Assembly (NCBI RefSeq): GCF_963921235.1
Contig: NC_086101.1
Coordinates: 3,288,001-3,352,000, forward strand
Reading direction: 5' to 3'
DNA: 64,000 nt
Source: Mobula hypostoma
Taxonomy: Eukaryota
Shown: positions 50,340-62,407 of the stretch, piece after piece
Layout: the number at the start of each line of letters is the position of its first letter
How positions within the stretch are numbered: the first letter of the stretch is position 1
Notes under the pieces: generated by a model
Told to the model about the DNA's origin: nothing
What the model saw: only the letters and a program-made list of their open reading frames with translations
Databases searched by the model: none
Program-made: the position numbers and the translations under genes

Positions 50340-50810
50340 ACACACATCAAAGTTGCTGGTGAACGCAGCAGGCCAAGCAGCATCTATAGGAAGAGGTGCA
50401 GTCGACATTTCAGGCCGAGACCCTTCGTCAGGACTAACTGAAGGAAGAGTGAGTAAGGGATTTGAAAGCTGGAGGGGGAGGGGGAGATGCAAAATGATAG
50501 CAGAAGACAGGAAGGGGAGGGATAGAGCCGAGAGCTGGACAGGTGATAGGCAAAAGGGGATACGAGAGGATCATGGGACATGAGGTCCGGGAAGAAAGAC
50601 GGCGGAGGGGGGGGACCCAGAGGATGGGCAAGAGGTATATTCAGAGGGACAGAGGGAGAAAAAGGAGAGTGAGAGAAAGAATGTGTGCATAAAAATAAGT
50701 AACAGATGGGGTACGAGGGGGAGGTGGGGCCTTAGCGGAAGTTAGAGAAGTCGATGTTCATGCCATCAGGTTGGAGGCTACCCAGATGGAATATAAGGTG
50801 TTGTTCCTCC
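50340..50810 (-). mobile_element. Penelope-like element 3' end: GIY-YIG C-terminus, pyrimidine-rich UTR, hammerhead motif
   Basis: EEQHLIFHLGSLQPDGMNIDFSNFR* at 50809-50732; hammerhead-like AGTC-CTGACGA-AGGGTCTCGGCCT-GAAA-TGTC-GACT at 50435-50400. Confidence 0.82.
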
Positions 50811-52440
50811 TATTCTGATAGCAGAAAAACAGCTACAAAAAATAATCTTCATATAGCCGAATTCCCCGAGTGTCATGGCTTGTAGATTGATGGTGAATCG
50901 GATGTTGTCCTGGAGCCATGTTTCTGCAAGAACAAGCCTGCAGCAGTTCCTCAGCTCACCCTAGTGCAGTCACAGATGAAGGCAATCCAGCTTGTGTTCC
51001 ACTGAGCAAACACTGGAGAGCAGCAGCAACTAGAGGGGCCAGCCCCCAACCCAGCGTAGACTCCAGCGTGCCCTCAGGCCGTTCCAGCATTTCTGGGCAG
51101 CTGCAGTGGGCGACTCCAAGGCATGAGGGTCTGGTCTGTTTACCAGCTGCTGCTACACAGCTCTCTCAATGACCCAGTGAATCGGACTCACAGTATTCTA
51201 CATTGCCAATGTCCACCAGGGCCTTGTGATCACAGGAAAATCGACTAAGGCAATCACTGGCTGTCAGACTGCACATCGTCAGCCCGCACCGACTCCGAAC
51301 CCTCTCGACAGCAGGCCTGCGTCAAGTCCAGCTCCTCCACCATCAATCAACTCGATGATGGAGTAGACTTGCAGTACTTGAAGTTCTCAATATCTAGCAG
51401 GGTCTTGAGATCACAAAAGACATCTAAAAAAAACCATTAACACTTGGTTGGCTCTGTCGAGGCTGCTGCATCTGTGCACACCGCCATCTTACCGATATGC
51501 TCCACTATTTGCTGGACCACACAGCACCTCTGACATCGTCATCCCTTGCTGAAGCAGGCTTCATCAAGCCCAGCTCTGTCACCATTGGGTAATTCACTAG
51601 TTAGTGAGGTAGACCTGCCATACGTGATAACCCACAGTGTATTGTGATTGTGAAAAATACATAAAAGGCAAACAATCACCCAGAGAGACCACTGTGACTG
51701 AGCCACTACCATCTTTCCTGGTTATAACCATTACAGTTTTACATGAATCTCCTCAGCCAAGGAAGCAGCTAGTGTCTGTGTGTGATAAGACCTGGAGAGC
51801 GGCCAGGCACGGGCCGGTAACTGTACAAGTCACATTCACACCACTGAAGTGGCAGGAAGGACCATCAAGAGAATCTCACCATCTACACAATTACTGCCAC
51901 AGCCCTCATGACCATTGACCAGCATATCCTTCACAAATCAAAGTATTGAGTACAGGCATTGGGATGTTATGTATAAGATGCTGGTGAGGCCTCATTTGTG
52001 TGCAGTTGTGGTCACCTATCCGGAAGAAAAATATCAGTCAGATTGAAAGAGTGCAGAGAAAATTTACAAGGATGCTGCCAGGAATTGAGGGAAAGATTGA
52101 ATAGTTTGGACTTTATTCGATCTTTGAGGGAAGATTTCATAGAGGTATACAAAATTATGAGGGCATCAATAGGGTAAATGCAAGCAGGCTTTTTCCACTA
52201 AGGTAGGGCGAGACTAAAACTAGAGGTTAAGGGTGAAAAGTGAAATGCTTAAGGCAAACATGAGGGGGATCTTCTTTACTCAGAGGGTGGTGAGAGTGTG
52301 GAACGAGCTGCCAGAGGATGCAGGGTCAATTCCAACATTTAACAGAAGTTTGGATACATACGTGGTTGGGAGGGGTTTGGAAGGCGTGGGTGGATGGGCC
52401 TTGGAAGAATAATATGGGGATGAAGGGCCTGTTTCCGTGC

Positions 52441-53037
52441 TGTAAGAACGGCCAGAAAGCGAGGAAACAGATTCGATAGGTCTCAAAGGCGAGGACTCTG
52501 GACACAGTCTTGGCAGTAAAGCGTTTTATTTACAGAAGGTAAACATGGGAAGATGGCAACAGAAGCAACACACACACAATTTACAGTAGTCGGATCAGTA
52601 ATAAAACACACGTGGACAATTAATAAAATTGTGTGGAAACAAAGTACAGGCACACTCACATACAACCAAGGGAAAAGTAAATACGATACCCCGACACCCT
52701 TGACTCTGTGCAGGCATGGCTGTTATGATATCAGGGACGATACCCACACCCCTAACCCTATTCAATGCACAACTCACCAACGGCAGGGTGTGGTCCCTCG
52801 GAGGTAGCAAAAAAGAGAAAGGGTCAAGCACACGTGGCTTCCTTCATAGTGCAGCAGGGTTAAGCTGATTACAAAGGCCAATCGCCCAAGGTCAAGTACA
52901 AGGCTAACTAAAGGGGCCAATGGTTAGGTGTGCATTGATGGTCGAGGAGGGGTCAAACCTTGATTGGCAGGTGGCGTGCCTTTCGACCAGGTAAATGGGC
53001 AGTGCTGTCACGTGACAGTCACGACCCCTCCAATACA
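52441..53037 (-). mobile_element. Probable solo LTR (~600 bp)
   Basis: TGTA...TACA termini; CCAAT boxes; AATAAA (52530-52525) ~85 nt from the 3' end; no TSD found. Confidence 0.55.
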
Positions 53038-53714
53038 AATGCGGTACCCACCTCCGGACTGTCTAAGATACGAGTGAGGGGTGTGCGGGAGGAGTGCAGC
53101 TCCAGCGCATCTCAAGCAGCGGAATGTGACCCAGGGTAACGCAGTCCCCCACCCATCCCCCCCAAACACTCCCTCCCACCCCCCATCGGCACGCAGAGGC
53201 TGTGGTGCGTATGCAAACAACAAAACACATTGCTGTCACTCCTAAAGTTCCCTCACTTGTTTTTAAAGCTGTCAGTGATCTGGGACTCAGTACATCACAG
53301 AATCATTTTCAATTTATAATCCTGGTTGAGTTCTCAGGCTGTCTTCCACCACAATCTCCCTCAGAAGATAATTGGCAGGTCAGCTTTTTTCAACTACACT
53401 CTAAAATTCAAGACCTAAAACTAAGGGTTGCAGACTCAGTTGACACTTCTAAACATCATCCCAAAACCTATTTATTTAACCTTGATTTTAATGAGCATCT
53501 GTTTGTCTTCTATTTTCATGTCTATTTTTATTTTCATATTTGTGCTTTTACCCCTTGTAAAGCACTCTGAACTACATCATGTGTATGAAGTGTTCTACAA
53601 ATACTCCAAAGGTCTGTCACAAGCCCACTGCCCCTCCCAACAGGAAGGACAAGTGCAGGGAAACACCACCACCGGCAGATCCCCCTCTAAAGATCAGCAT
53701 TATTTGGCACATGT

Positions 53715-53995
53715 ATATGACAACAATTCTGCCATGGCTGTCGCAAGCCCGGCTTCAAGAGGAGGAGGGTTGGGCACGGGGCTAGGAACCCCATTTTGTA
53801 AAAACCTGGAGCTACAGAAACGCCAGCAGAAGCTCCAAAGGCCTCATCCCTGGGAGAGGAAGGTGTACATCGCCTAGAAGATGTATGAAATGGTGCGGTG
53901 AAGGCAGAAGCCACAGAGCTGATCAACCTTCAGCCCAGGACAGAGGACTCTTGTCGGAGGCCCATGCCCCAGTTGAGGTGATGGGCTTAAGAAGA
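53715..53995 (+). mobile_element. Non-autonomous bipartite RTE derivative (5' UTR-like part joined to 3' end)
   Basis: GGAGGAGGGTTGGGCACGGGGCTAG..CCCC..TGTAAAA, then GCCCAGGACAGAGG..ATGCCCCAG..GGGCTTAAGAAG, resembling recalled RTE ends. Confidence 0.5.
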
Positions 53996-54589
53996 CGACA
54001 TTGAAACACCCAGTGAAATATGTTGTTTATGTGAACAACCAACACAGTCTGAGGAATTGCCGGGGGCAACCCACAAGTGTCACTGTGCTTCCGGCACCAA
54101 CACATGCCCACAGTTTACTAATCCTAACCGTACGTCTGCACGGTGTAGTAGTGTTACTATGAATGCAATCGCTTTACCTTGCCAGTGATCATTGATGGAG
54201 GGAGGAATACATCTCTGTGTGTGTCTCTCTCTCTCTCTCCCTGTGTGTCAGACATTACAGAGCTAGATTAGATAGATTATTTTTGTCATGTGGCGAAACA
54301 CACAGGGAAACGCATCCTTTACATCTGAGGATGTGCTGGCGGCAGCCTGCAGATGTCACTGTGCTTCCAGCATCCCCACAGCTTACTAACACCGACTCAC
54401 ATGTTGCTGGAATGTGTTCGGAAACTGGAGCACCCGGAGGAAGCCCACACGGTCACAGGGAGAACGTACAAACTCCTTACAGCAGTGGTGGGATCGCCGG
54501 TGCTGTAGAGTATCACGCTAACTGTTAGACCGGAAAGTGTGCTGTTACGTACACAACGACAACGTGCAGCAGGGCATTTGGACTGTTAA

Positions 54590-54615
54590 TTTATTGAACA
54601 CAAAAGCGTTTTATT
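54590..54615 (-). terminator. Tandem polyadenylation signals, probable NELFE 3' end
   Basis: AATAAA on the minus strand at 54615-54610 and 54595-54590; first such signals noticed after the NELFE stop. Confidence 0.65.
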
Positions 54616-54948
54616 TACAGTTGGCCGTTCTGGGGCCGGAGGATAAACAGATCCAATTGTCCATGATGTGATGCTGGGGTCCCGTTCAGGGAGAGTGGGG
54701 TGGGAGTGTCACCAGTGTAGTTTGGGGTGTGTGTCTGTATCTCTTTCTCTCTGTTCCCCCCCCCTCCCCGTGTGCCTGTGGGAATGAGGTCGGGCGGTGA
54801 GACATACTGAGCCTCCCACATATCCAGCCCCTGTGGATGATGAAATGCTGGGCCCCGAAGAGCAACCCCGAGGGTTGGAGAGGGTAAGGGCCACCTGGAT
54901 CAAGAGCCCAGCAACAGTGGTGGAATGCAAGGGGACCTCGAACGAGAG

Positions 54949-56473
54949 GGGTGGGGGACAGAGGTAGGAGTTGCAGAGGAGTGAGTAGGAGGAGGTGGGA
55001 GGGTGGAGGGGAGGAGGTGGGAGGGTGGAGGGGAGGAGGAGGAGGAGGTGGGAGAGTGGAGGGGAGGAGGAGGAGGTGGGAGGGTGGAGGGGAGGAGGAG
55101 GAGGTGGGAGGGTGGAGGGGAGGAGGAGGAGGTGGGAGGGTGGAGGGGAGGAGGAGGAGGTGGAGGTGGGAGGGTGGAGGGGAGGAGGAGGAGGTGGGAG
55201 GGTGGAGGGGAGGAGGTGGAGGTGGGAGGGTGGAGGGGAGGAGGAGGAGGTGGAGGTGGGAGGGTGGAGGGGAGGAGGAGGAGGTGGGAGGGTGGAGGGG
55301 AGGAGGAGGAGGTGGGAGAGTGGAGGGGAGGAGGAGGAGGTGGGAGAGTTGAGGGGAGGAGGAGGAGGTAGGAGAGTGGGGAGGAGGAGGAGGTGGAGGT
55401 GGGAGGGTGGAGGGGAGGAGGTGGAGGTGGGAGGGTGGAGGGGAGGAGGTGGAGGTGAGAGGGTGGAGAGGAGGAAGAGGAGAAGGTGGGATAGTGGAGG
55501 GGAGGAGGGAGGGGGAGGTGGAGGAGGGAGGGTGGAGGGGAGGAGGAGGTGGGAGGGCAGAGGGGAGGAGGAGGTGGGAGGGTGGAGGGGTAAATCAGGG
55601 TGGTATGAGTGGTGGGAGGAGGAGTGGTACAGAGACGTCTCGGGGAGGTGGGAGGGTGGAGGGGAGGAGGAGGTTGGAGGGGAGGAGGAGGTGGGAGGGT
55701 GGAGGGGAGGAGGAGGTGGGAGGGCAGAGGGGAGGAGGAGGTGGGAGGGTGGAGGGGTTAAATCAGGGTGGTATGAGTGGTGGGAGGAGGAGTGGTACAG
55801 AGACGTCTCGGGGAGGTGGGAGGGTGGAGGGGAGGAGGAGGTTGGAGGGGAGGAGGAGGTGTGAGGGCGGAGGGGTTAAATCAGGGTGGTATGAGTGGTG
55901 GGAGGAGGAGTGGTACAGAGACGTCTCGGGGAGGTGGGAGGGTGGAGGGGAGGAGGAGGTTGGAGGGGAGGAGGAGGTGTGAGGGCGGAGGGGAGGAGGA
56001 GGTGGGAGGGTGGAGGGGAGGAGGTGGAGGTGAGAGGGTGGAGAGGAGGAAGAGGAGGAGGTGGGATAGTGGAGGGGAGGAGGGAGGGGGAGGTGGAGGA
56101 GGGAGGGTGGAGGGGAGGAGGAGGTGGGAGGGCGGAGGGGTTAAATCAGGGTGGTATGAGTGGTGGGAGGAGGAGTGGTACAGAGACGTCTTGGGGAGGT
56201 GGGAGGGTGAACGGGAGGAGGAGGTGGGAGGGCGGAGGGGAGGAGGAGGTGGGAGGGTGGAGGGGTTAAATCAGGGTGGTATGAGTGGTGGGAGGAGGAG
56301 TGGTACAGAGACGTCTTGGGGAGGTGGGAGGGTGGAGGGGAGGAGGAGGTTGGAGGGGAGGAGGAGGTGGGAGGGTGCAGGGGAGGAGGAGGTGGGAGGG
56401 CGGAGGGGTTAAATCAGGGTGGTATGAGTGGTGGGAGGAGGAGTGGTACAGAGACGTCTCGGGGAGGTGGGAG
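54949..56473. repeat. G-rich (GGA/GGGT) compound minisatellite, ~1.5 kb
   Basis: GGTGGGAGGGTGGAGGGGAGGAGGA variants, plus six copies of TAAATCAGGGTGGTATGAGTGGTGGGAGGAGGAGTGGTACAGAGACGTCT. Confidence 0.95.
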
Positions 56474-56615
56474 CGATGGATGTCTCTGCTGGAATGTCTA
56501 CAGCAGCAGGAAAGGAGGGACCTGTCTGGCTTACAGATATTTCTGACGGTCCCCTTCCCGTGTACCAGGTCACTTCTTTCTCGTTCCTTCCTTCACCCAT
56601 CTCCCCGAGGCCGCC

Positions 56616-56692
56616 TTATGCCAGGTAGTCCTCATTATAAACCACCTGGCTCCGCTTGTCCCGGTGGGACCCCTTGGCACTGTTTTGCACTG
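56616..56692 (-). CDS. NELFE: NELFE terminal coding exon (AVQNSAKGSHRDKRSQVVYNEDYLA*)
   Basis: cacAG acceptor, phase 1; matches recalled NELF-E C-terminus AVQNSPKGCHRDKRTQIVY. Confidence 0.92.
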
Positions 56693-57565
56693 CTGTGGGG
56701 GGAAGATCAAAGGCACTGCTTACAATACACCTCACCCCTCAATATCATCCCTAACCCCTCCCCTCCCTCCCCAGCTGATATAACGACCACCAGATCCAGC
56801 TTCCCAGAGAAATGAGCCCAGATAATACGAGAGGGAACAGTCTGAGACCAGGGGTCGTAGACTCGGAACAGAGGGGCATCCATTTAAAACACTGATGAGG
56901 AAGAATTTCTTTCGGCAAAGGGCGATGAATCTGTGGACTTCATCGCCACAGACAGCTGTGGAGACCAAGTCATTGGGTACATTTAAAGCAGAGGTTGATA
57001 GGTTTTTGATTAGTCAGGGTGACAGTGAGAAGGCAGAATGGAGCTGAGAAGGAAAATAAGTCAGCCATGATAGAATGGTAGACAAGACTCGATGGGCCGA
57101 ATGGTCTAATTCTGCTCCTATAATCGCTGAGGCACAGAAACAAGCCCTTCATTAACCTGCCTAGTCCCATTCACCTGCACCTGGACCACAGCCTTCCATA
57201 CCCCTCCCGTCCATGTACTCATCCAAGTGCCTCTCAAATATCCCTTCCACTTTTACTGGCAGCTTGTTCCACCCTTTCACCAGCCTCCGAGCTCATTCTG
57301 AATCCAACATCACGGGCAGCATAAGAGTTCGGCATGGACTAGATGGGCCGAGGGGCCTGCTGATACATGTAGAGATGCATCACCATTGTTAGCGATGGCA
57401 CCCAGCCTTGTCCCCTTCCCACCTGCACAGCCTGCTCCCATCCCCACCCAACTCCCTCAAACCATCGTCCGCCACCCTCCTCATATGATAGCCCCATCCT
57501 CCCTGATTCCCGACACAGCCCAGCCCCCGGCTCGGGTGTGGGAGGGCATTAGGGATTCCACTTAC

Positions 57566-57668
57566 CCAGGCTCCCCCAGACAGATTTACGCGTGGCCGTT
57601 TCCAGCATCAGCTGCTTGCGGGCGATCATCACCTTCAGGTAGACTGAACCCACCATGCTACTGTTCAT
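57566..57668 (-). CDS. NELFE: NELFE exon (MNSSMVGSVYLKVMIARKQLMLETATRKSVWGSL)
   Basis: 103 nt, phase 0-1, cAG acceptor, GTaagt donor; ARKQ and KSVWGSL motifs. Confidence 0.93.
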
Positions 57669-57759
57669 CTGTGAGGAGGAAGGAGAGAGGGCAGTCAGGC
57701 ACAGAAATCCAGAGCAACACACACAAAACGCTCGAGGAACTCAGCAGATCAGGCAGCAC

Positions 57760-58132
57760 CTCACGGTGGTGTCTGAAAAGAGGATGCTGTCCAAGTTGCA
57801 TGCCATCTTGGACAATGTCTCCCATCCACTACATAATGTACTGGGCGGGCACAGGAGTACATTCAGCCAGAGACTCATTCCACCGAGATGCAACACAGAG
57901 CGTCATAGGAAGTCATTCCTGCCTGTGGCCATCAAACTTTACAACTCCTCCCTTGGAGGGTCAGACACCCTGAGCCAATAGGTTGGTCCTGGACTTATTT
58001 CATAATTTACTGGTATAGTTTACATATTACTATTTAACTATTTATGGTTTTATTACTATTTATTATTTATGGTGCAACTGTAACGAAAACCAATTTCCCC
58101 CTGGGATCAATAAAATATGACTATGACTATGA
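57760..58132 (+). mobile_element. Rex1/Babar-like 3' fragment with (TATGAC)n tail, nested in a Penelope-tail fragment
   Basis: Near-identical to 32683-33023. Confidence 0.85.
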
Positions 58133-59602
58133 TCTACAGAAACGAATAAAAGTGGATGCTTCAGGCAGAGCCCTTTCCCACCTTCCTATGATGGCGTCTC
58201 CCCCCCTTTTCCTTTCCAGTCCCAAGACTCATGGCCCGGGAGATCAGCTGCGGGTTCCTGGGCATCAATATTTCTGAAGTTCTACCATGGGCCCACCCTT
58301 TGTAATTGATGCAATCACAAAGAAGACACGACAGTGGCTTATTCCATTCGGAGTTTGAGGAGAATTTGTATGTCACCAAAGACTAGCAAATTTCTACAGA
58401 TGTACAGTGGGGAGGATCCTGACTGGCTGCATCACTGTCCGGTGCGGAGGCTCCAACGCACAGATCGGGAAAAGGCCGCACAAGTCGTAAACTCAGCCAG
58501 CTCCATCATGCCACCAGCCCCCCCAAAATCGAGGGCTTCCTCCCGAGGCAATTCCTCAAGAAGGTGGCATCCGCCTTGAAGGACCCTCACCCTCATAGAC
58601 ACGCATTCTTCTGGTTAGGTAAAGGCACACACTCAATGTAACCTCACTCGCTTGTTCTCTTTTTGCAGTATTTGATGTTTCTCATGTAAATGAAAGTGGT
58701 TGAAGGGATCGAGTGTATGAAGTGACCACACTATTAAGTTCTTTTTGTACTACTGATTTTCTACGTATATATTCTGACTGTATAGTTATTTTTATGTACT
58801 TCACTCTGCTGCCGCTGCAAAACAACAAATTTCATGGCATACAGTAGGTCAGTCATTCTGATCCAAAGGCAGTTGTGCCGAAGATGGCACATGCAAAAAG
58901 TTTTGTTGGCATGCGGCATGCAGCCCTACCCATCTGTTCTTTAAACCATGCCCACTTCCCCAAAATAAACAGATACATCACGATTACCGTTACTGGCAAA
59001 TGAAGCAGTGAATTCTTTTTTTTAAAAACAACCTAAGATCAGTGAGGTGTTTTCGCAGGAAACACCTCACACTGGCTGATCACCAGCTGGATGGTTGCAA
59101 GAACATGGGACGATGGATCATGTGTTTTGAAATCCTCGCAGACCCGCTGTACATATCAGTATTTGAATGGTAACCTGCTACAATATTAGAATTTAATAAC
59201 AGAGTGAATTCAGAAATCTGAGGTGCAGAGTGACTTGGGAGTCCTCGTACAGGATTCCCGAAAGGTTAACTTGCAGTTGGAGATGGTGGTGAGGAAGGCG
59301 AACGCAATGTTTGCATTCATTATGACAGGTCTAGAATATAAAAGCAATGATGTAATGCTAAGGCTTTACAAACCATTGGTCAGACTACACGGAGTATTGC
59401 AGGCAGTTTTGGGCCTGTGTCTAAGGAAGGATGTGCTAGCATTGGAGAGATTCCAGAAGTTGTTCAAGAGAATGATCCTGGGAATGAACGAGTTAATGTA
59501 TTAGGAGCATTTGATGGTTCTGGGTCTGTACTCGCTGGAGTTTAGAAGAATGAGGAGGGATCTCATTCACCCATATTGAATACTGAAAGGCCTAGATAGA
59601 GT

Positions 59603-59900
59603 GGGCACGTAGCCAAGTGGTTAAGGCGTTCGACTAGCGACCTGAAGGTCGTGAGTTCGAGCCCCAGCCAAGGCAGCGTGTTGTGTCCTTGAGCAAGGCA
59701 CTTAAACATACCGTGCTCTGCGACGACACCTGTGCCAAGCTGTGTCGGCCCTTGTCCTTCCCTTGGACAACATCAGTGGCATGGAGAGGGGAGACTTGCA
59801 GCATGGACAACTGCTGGTCTTCCGTACAACCTTGCCCAGGCCTGCGCCCTGGAGAGTGAAGACTTCCCTGGCGCAGGTCCATGGTCTTGCAAGACTAACG
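59603..59900 (+). mobile_element. tRNA-derived SINE, copy 3, nested in a CR1 fragment (~59205-60220)
   Basis: A/B boxes; GAGTGG on both sides; CR1 text resumes at ~59901. Confidence 0.88.
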
Positions 59901-60290
59901 AGTGGACATGGAGAAGATGTTTCCTACAGAGGGTGAGCCTGGAACCAGAGGACACAGCCTCAGAACAAAAGAACATTCTTTTAGAATAGAGATCAGAAGG
60001 AATTTTTTTTAGCCAGAGGGTGGTGAATCTGTGGAACTCATTGCCACAGGCAGCTGTGGAGGCCAAGTCATTGGGTATATTTGAAGTGGAGGTTGATAGG
60101 TCCTTCATTAGTCAGGGTGTCAAAGGCTACAAGAAGGCAGGACAATGGGGTTGAGAGAGATAATAAATCAACCATGATGGAACGGCAGAGCGGACTCGAT
60201 GGGCTCCAATGTCTTATAGTCCATGTGGTAGGAAGCTACAACCACTCCCTGGGGGTGGTAGCTCTCCTGGCCATTCGCCGTTCTCCTTAC

Positions 60291-60345
60291 CTCAGTGATG
60301 GCCTGGTCGGCAGACTCCATTGTCTCAAAGGTCACAAACGCACAG
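60291..60345 (-). CDS. NELFE: NELFE exon, RRM RNP1 (CAFVTFETMESADQAITE)
   Basis: 55 nt, phase 2-0, cacAG acceptor, GTaagg donor. Confidence 0.95.
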
Positions 60346-60541
60346 CTGTGCAAAGTAAAGAGACAGGCGTGAGTAGAGAGACCTCTACACGGATACCGGG
60401 TGTGATGTAGGGACCAGCGTGTCCGTGGGGATACGGAGAACAGTGCGAGGGTTGGAGGAGAATCCGGAGAAAGTTTAGCGGTGGAGCAGAAGACTTAGTG
60501 AGCGAGGGAGGGTGGGGGCAATGGAGAGAAGGAACACTCAC

Positions 60542-60677
60542 TTCTTGGGGCTGTCGGTGGTCAGGTTGACGATGGTGCCAAAACGCGAGAAGGAATCCCT
60601 CAGCATCTCCTCGGTCATCCCCACGCCGTGCACATAGACCGTGTTGCCCTTGCGCGGGGCGCGAAAGGAATCAGACC
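60542..60677 (-). CDS. NELFE: NELFE exon, RRM start (SDSFRAPRKGNTVYVHG...DSPK)
   Basis: 136 nt, phase 1-2, gcAG acceptor, GTgagt donor; PRKGNT motif. Confidence 0.95.
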
Positions 60678-61285
60678 CTGCAGGTGAGTCAGGCAGAGCA
60701 GAGAGTGTGTCTGAAACCCCTCCAGCACCCTGACAACTCCGATACCCGCTCCCACTCATCCTCCAACCCCTCTGAGTACTGTTCCGCAGCTCGCACCGCG
60801 GCCCCCTTCCCCTGAAAACACCCGTTTCATCCCACTTTCCCCCGCCCCCTACCCTCCATCCCACTCCTTTCCTCAGGACACCTAAATCCCTGCCCCACCC
60901 CTGGGGGCACCCAGCCTCCATTCCTGAGGACAGGCAAACCCTGGTCCCACCCTCCCCCTACACTTGGAACAACCCCCACCCCACTCAATTCCTCAGGACA
61001 CGCGAACCACTGTCCCACCCTTGCGTGAGAGTACGATGCTCTCCAATTCCTTCCCTGAACCTGGGTCATTCCCTCAGCCTTTGGGGAATCCTGAGTTCCG
61101 GCAGAAATCTCGGAGTTGTACATTTTGATAATAATTGAACGTTTGAAATCTAGGCCGAGATTTGGCAGAAATACGGGACTGTTGCTGGGATGACCTGGAT
61201 CTTGGTGAACAGCAGAGCACATCTAATGGCTGACTCCCAATCTTCTTTGTGTTATCTGACAGAGCAATGAAGAAAGCTTACTTAC

Positions 61286-61587
61286 TTCTGTAAGGGCCGT
61301 CGCGATCCCTGTCCCGATCCCGTTCCCGGTCTCTGTCCCTGTCCCTTCCACGGTCCCGATCCCTGTCCCGGTCGCGATCCCGGTCTCTGTCTCTTTCGCG
61401 GTCACGATCCCGATCCCTGTCCCGGTCCCGGTCTCTGTCCCTGTCGCGGCCTCTGTCGCGATCCCTCCCACGCTCGATGTCTCGCTCGGTATCTCTGTAG
61501 CTCTCACAATCCATCTCCTTCCCCGAGTCCCGCTCGTCGTCTCGCTCTCTCTCTGTGTCTCTGATCCGCTCACTGGAGCTGACAAAG
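61286..61587 (-). CDS. NELFE: NELFE RD-repeat exon (FVSSSERIR...(RD)n...GPYR); upstream exons lie beyond the window
   Basis: 302 nt, phase 2-1; 29 consecutive R-[D/E/G] dipeptides. Confidence 0.95.
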
Positions 61588-62407
61588 CTGTGGTGAGAAC
61601 ATCAAGCCCTTATGTTAATCCATTAGCCCGTCCACACCTTCCAAAAACACTCCACTGCCACGGGGATTCCCGCACTGTGAAACTTAACGTAACCCAGGAT
61701 GTGTAGCTGTGTTACACCAGAGTTACAGATTAACTTTGTCACGTGTACAGTACATCCAAGCTGACATCAATGGCCAGCACAGTCCGAGGATGTGCTGGGG
61801 GCAGCTGGCAAGTAACGTTCCCTCCAAGGTGCGTGCATCTATGCGCACAGAGCTTTTGCTACCAGCACACAAAGGCATTTAAACTGAGCGTAAAAGGTTG
61901 TCACCCTCTACCTTGTTGGCAAGTTAAGTATATTTCATGATCATACACAATCACATTCCCTTTGTCAACACTGTTTGCATCAGACCGGAAATGTGGAGTT
62001 CATGATGACTGGTCTGCTGATTTTAGATCTGGCTGATTTATACTGGTCCAAAGAAGCAAAGGTTGTGAAGTGCGGAAGAACTGTAGGTTCATTTACAGCG
62101 GAATGGATTATTATCCTTAGAATAGCTTCAGGTTTACTTCCACTTCTAAATTCAGAGCGTGTATGTTGCTGTCACTGGGCTACACAGCACAAGAGTTTTT
62201 CACACACGGGTCACTTCAACTTCAAGGGAACAATGCCAGCATGTCTCGCCACACTTCTGGTGCCAACATAGCATGCACACAACTTACCAACCGTATCCTC
62301 TACGTCTTTCAAATGAGGGAGGAAACCAGAGCACCCAGAGGAAACCCACGCAGTCACAAAGAGAAGATATAAACTCTTGAGAGACAGCAGCAGAACTGAA
62401 TGCGGGT

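Noticed and set aside
56409..56497. Alternative NELFE last exon or 3' UTR intron using the ctgctgtAG acceptor at 56498
   Set aside because: The exon at 56692-56616 gives the conserved C-terminus; the peptide here is repeat-derived and the candidate donor is weak.
54951..56815. Long Gly/Glu/Arg/Trp-rich + strand ORFs
   Set aside because: Several frames stay open because the G-rich repeat has few stops; they are antisense to NELFE and lack gene structure.
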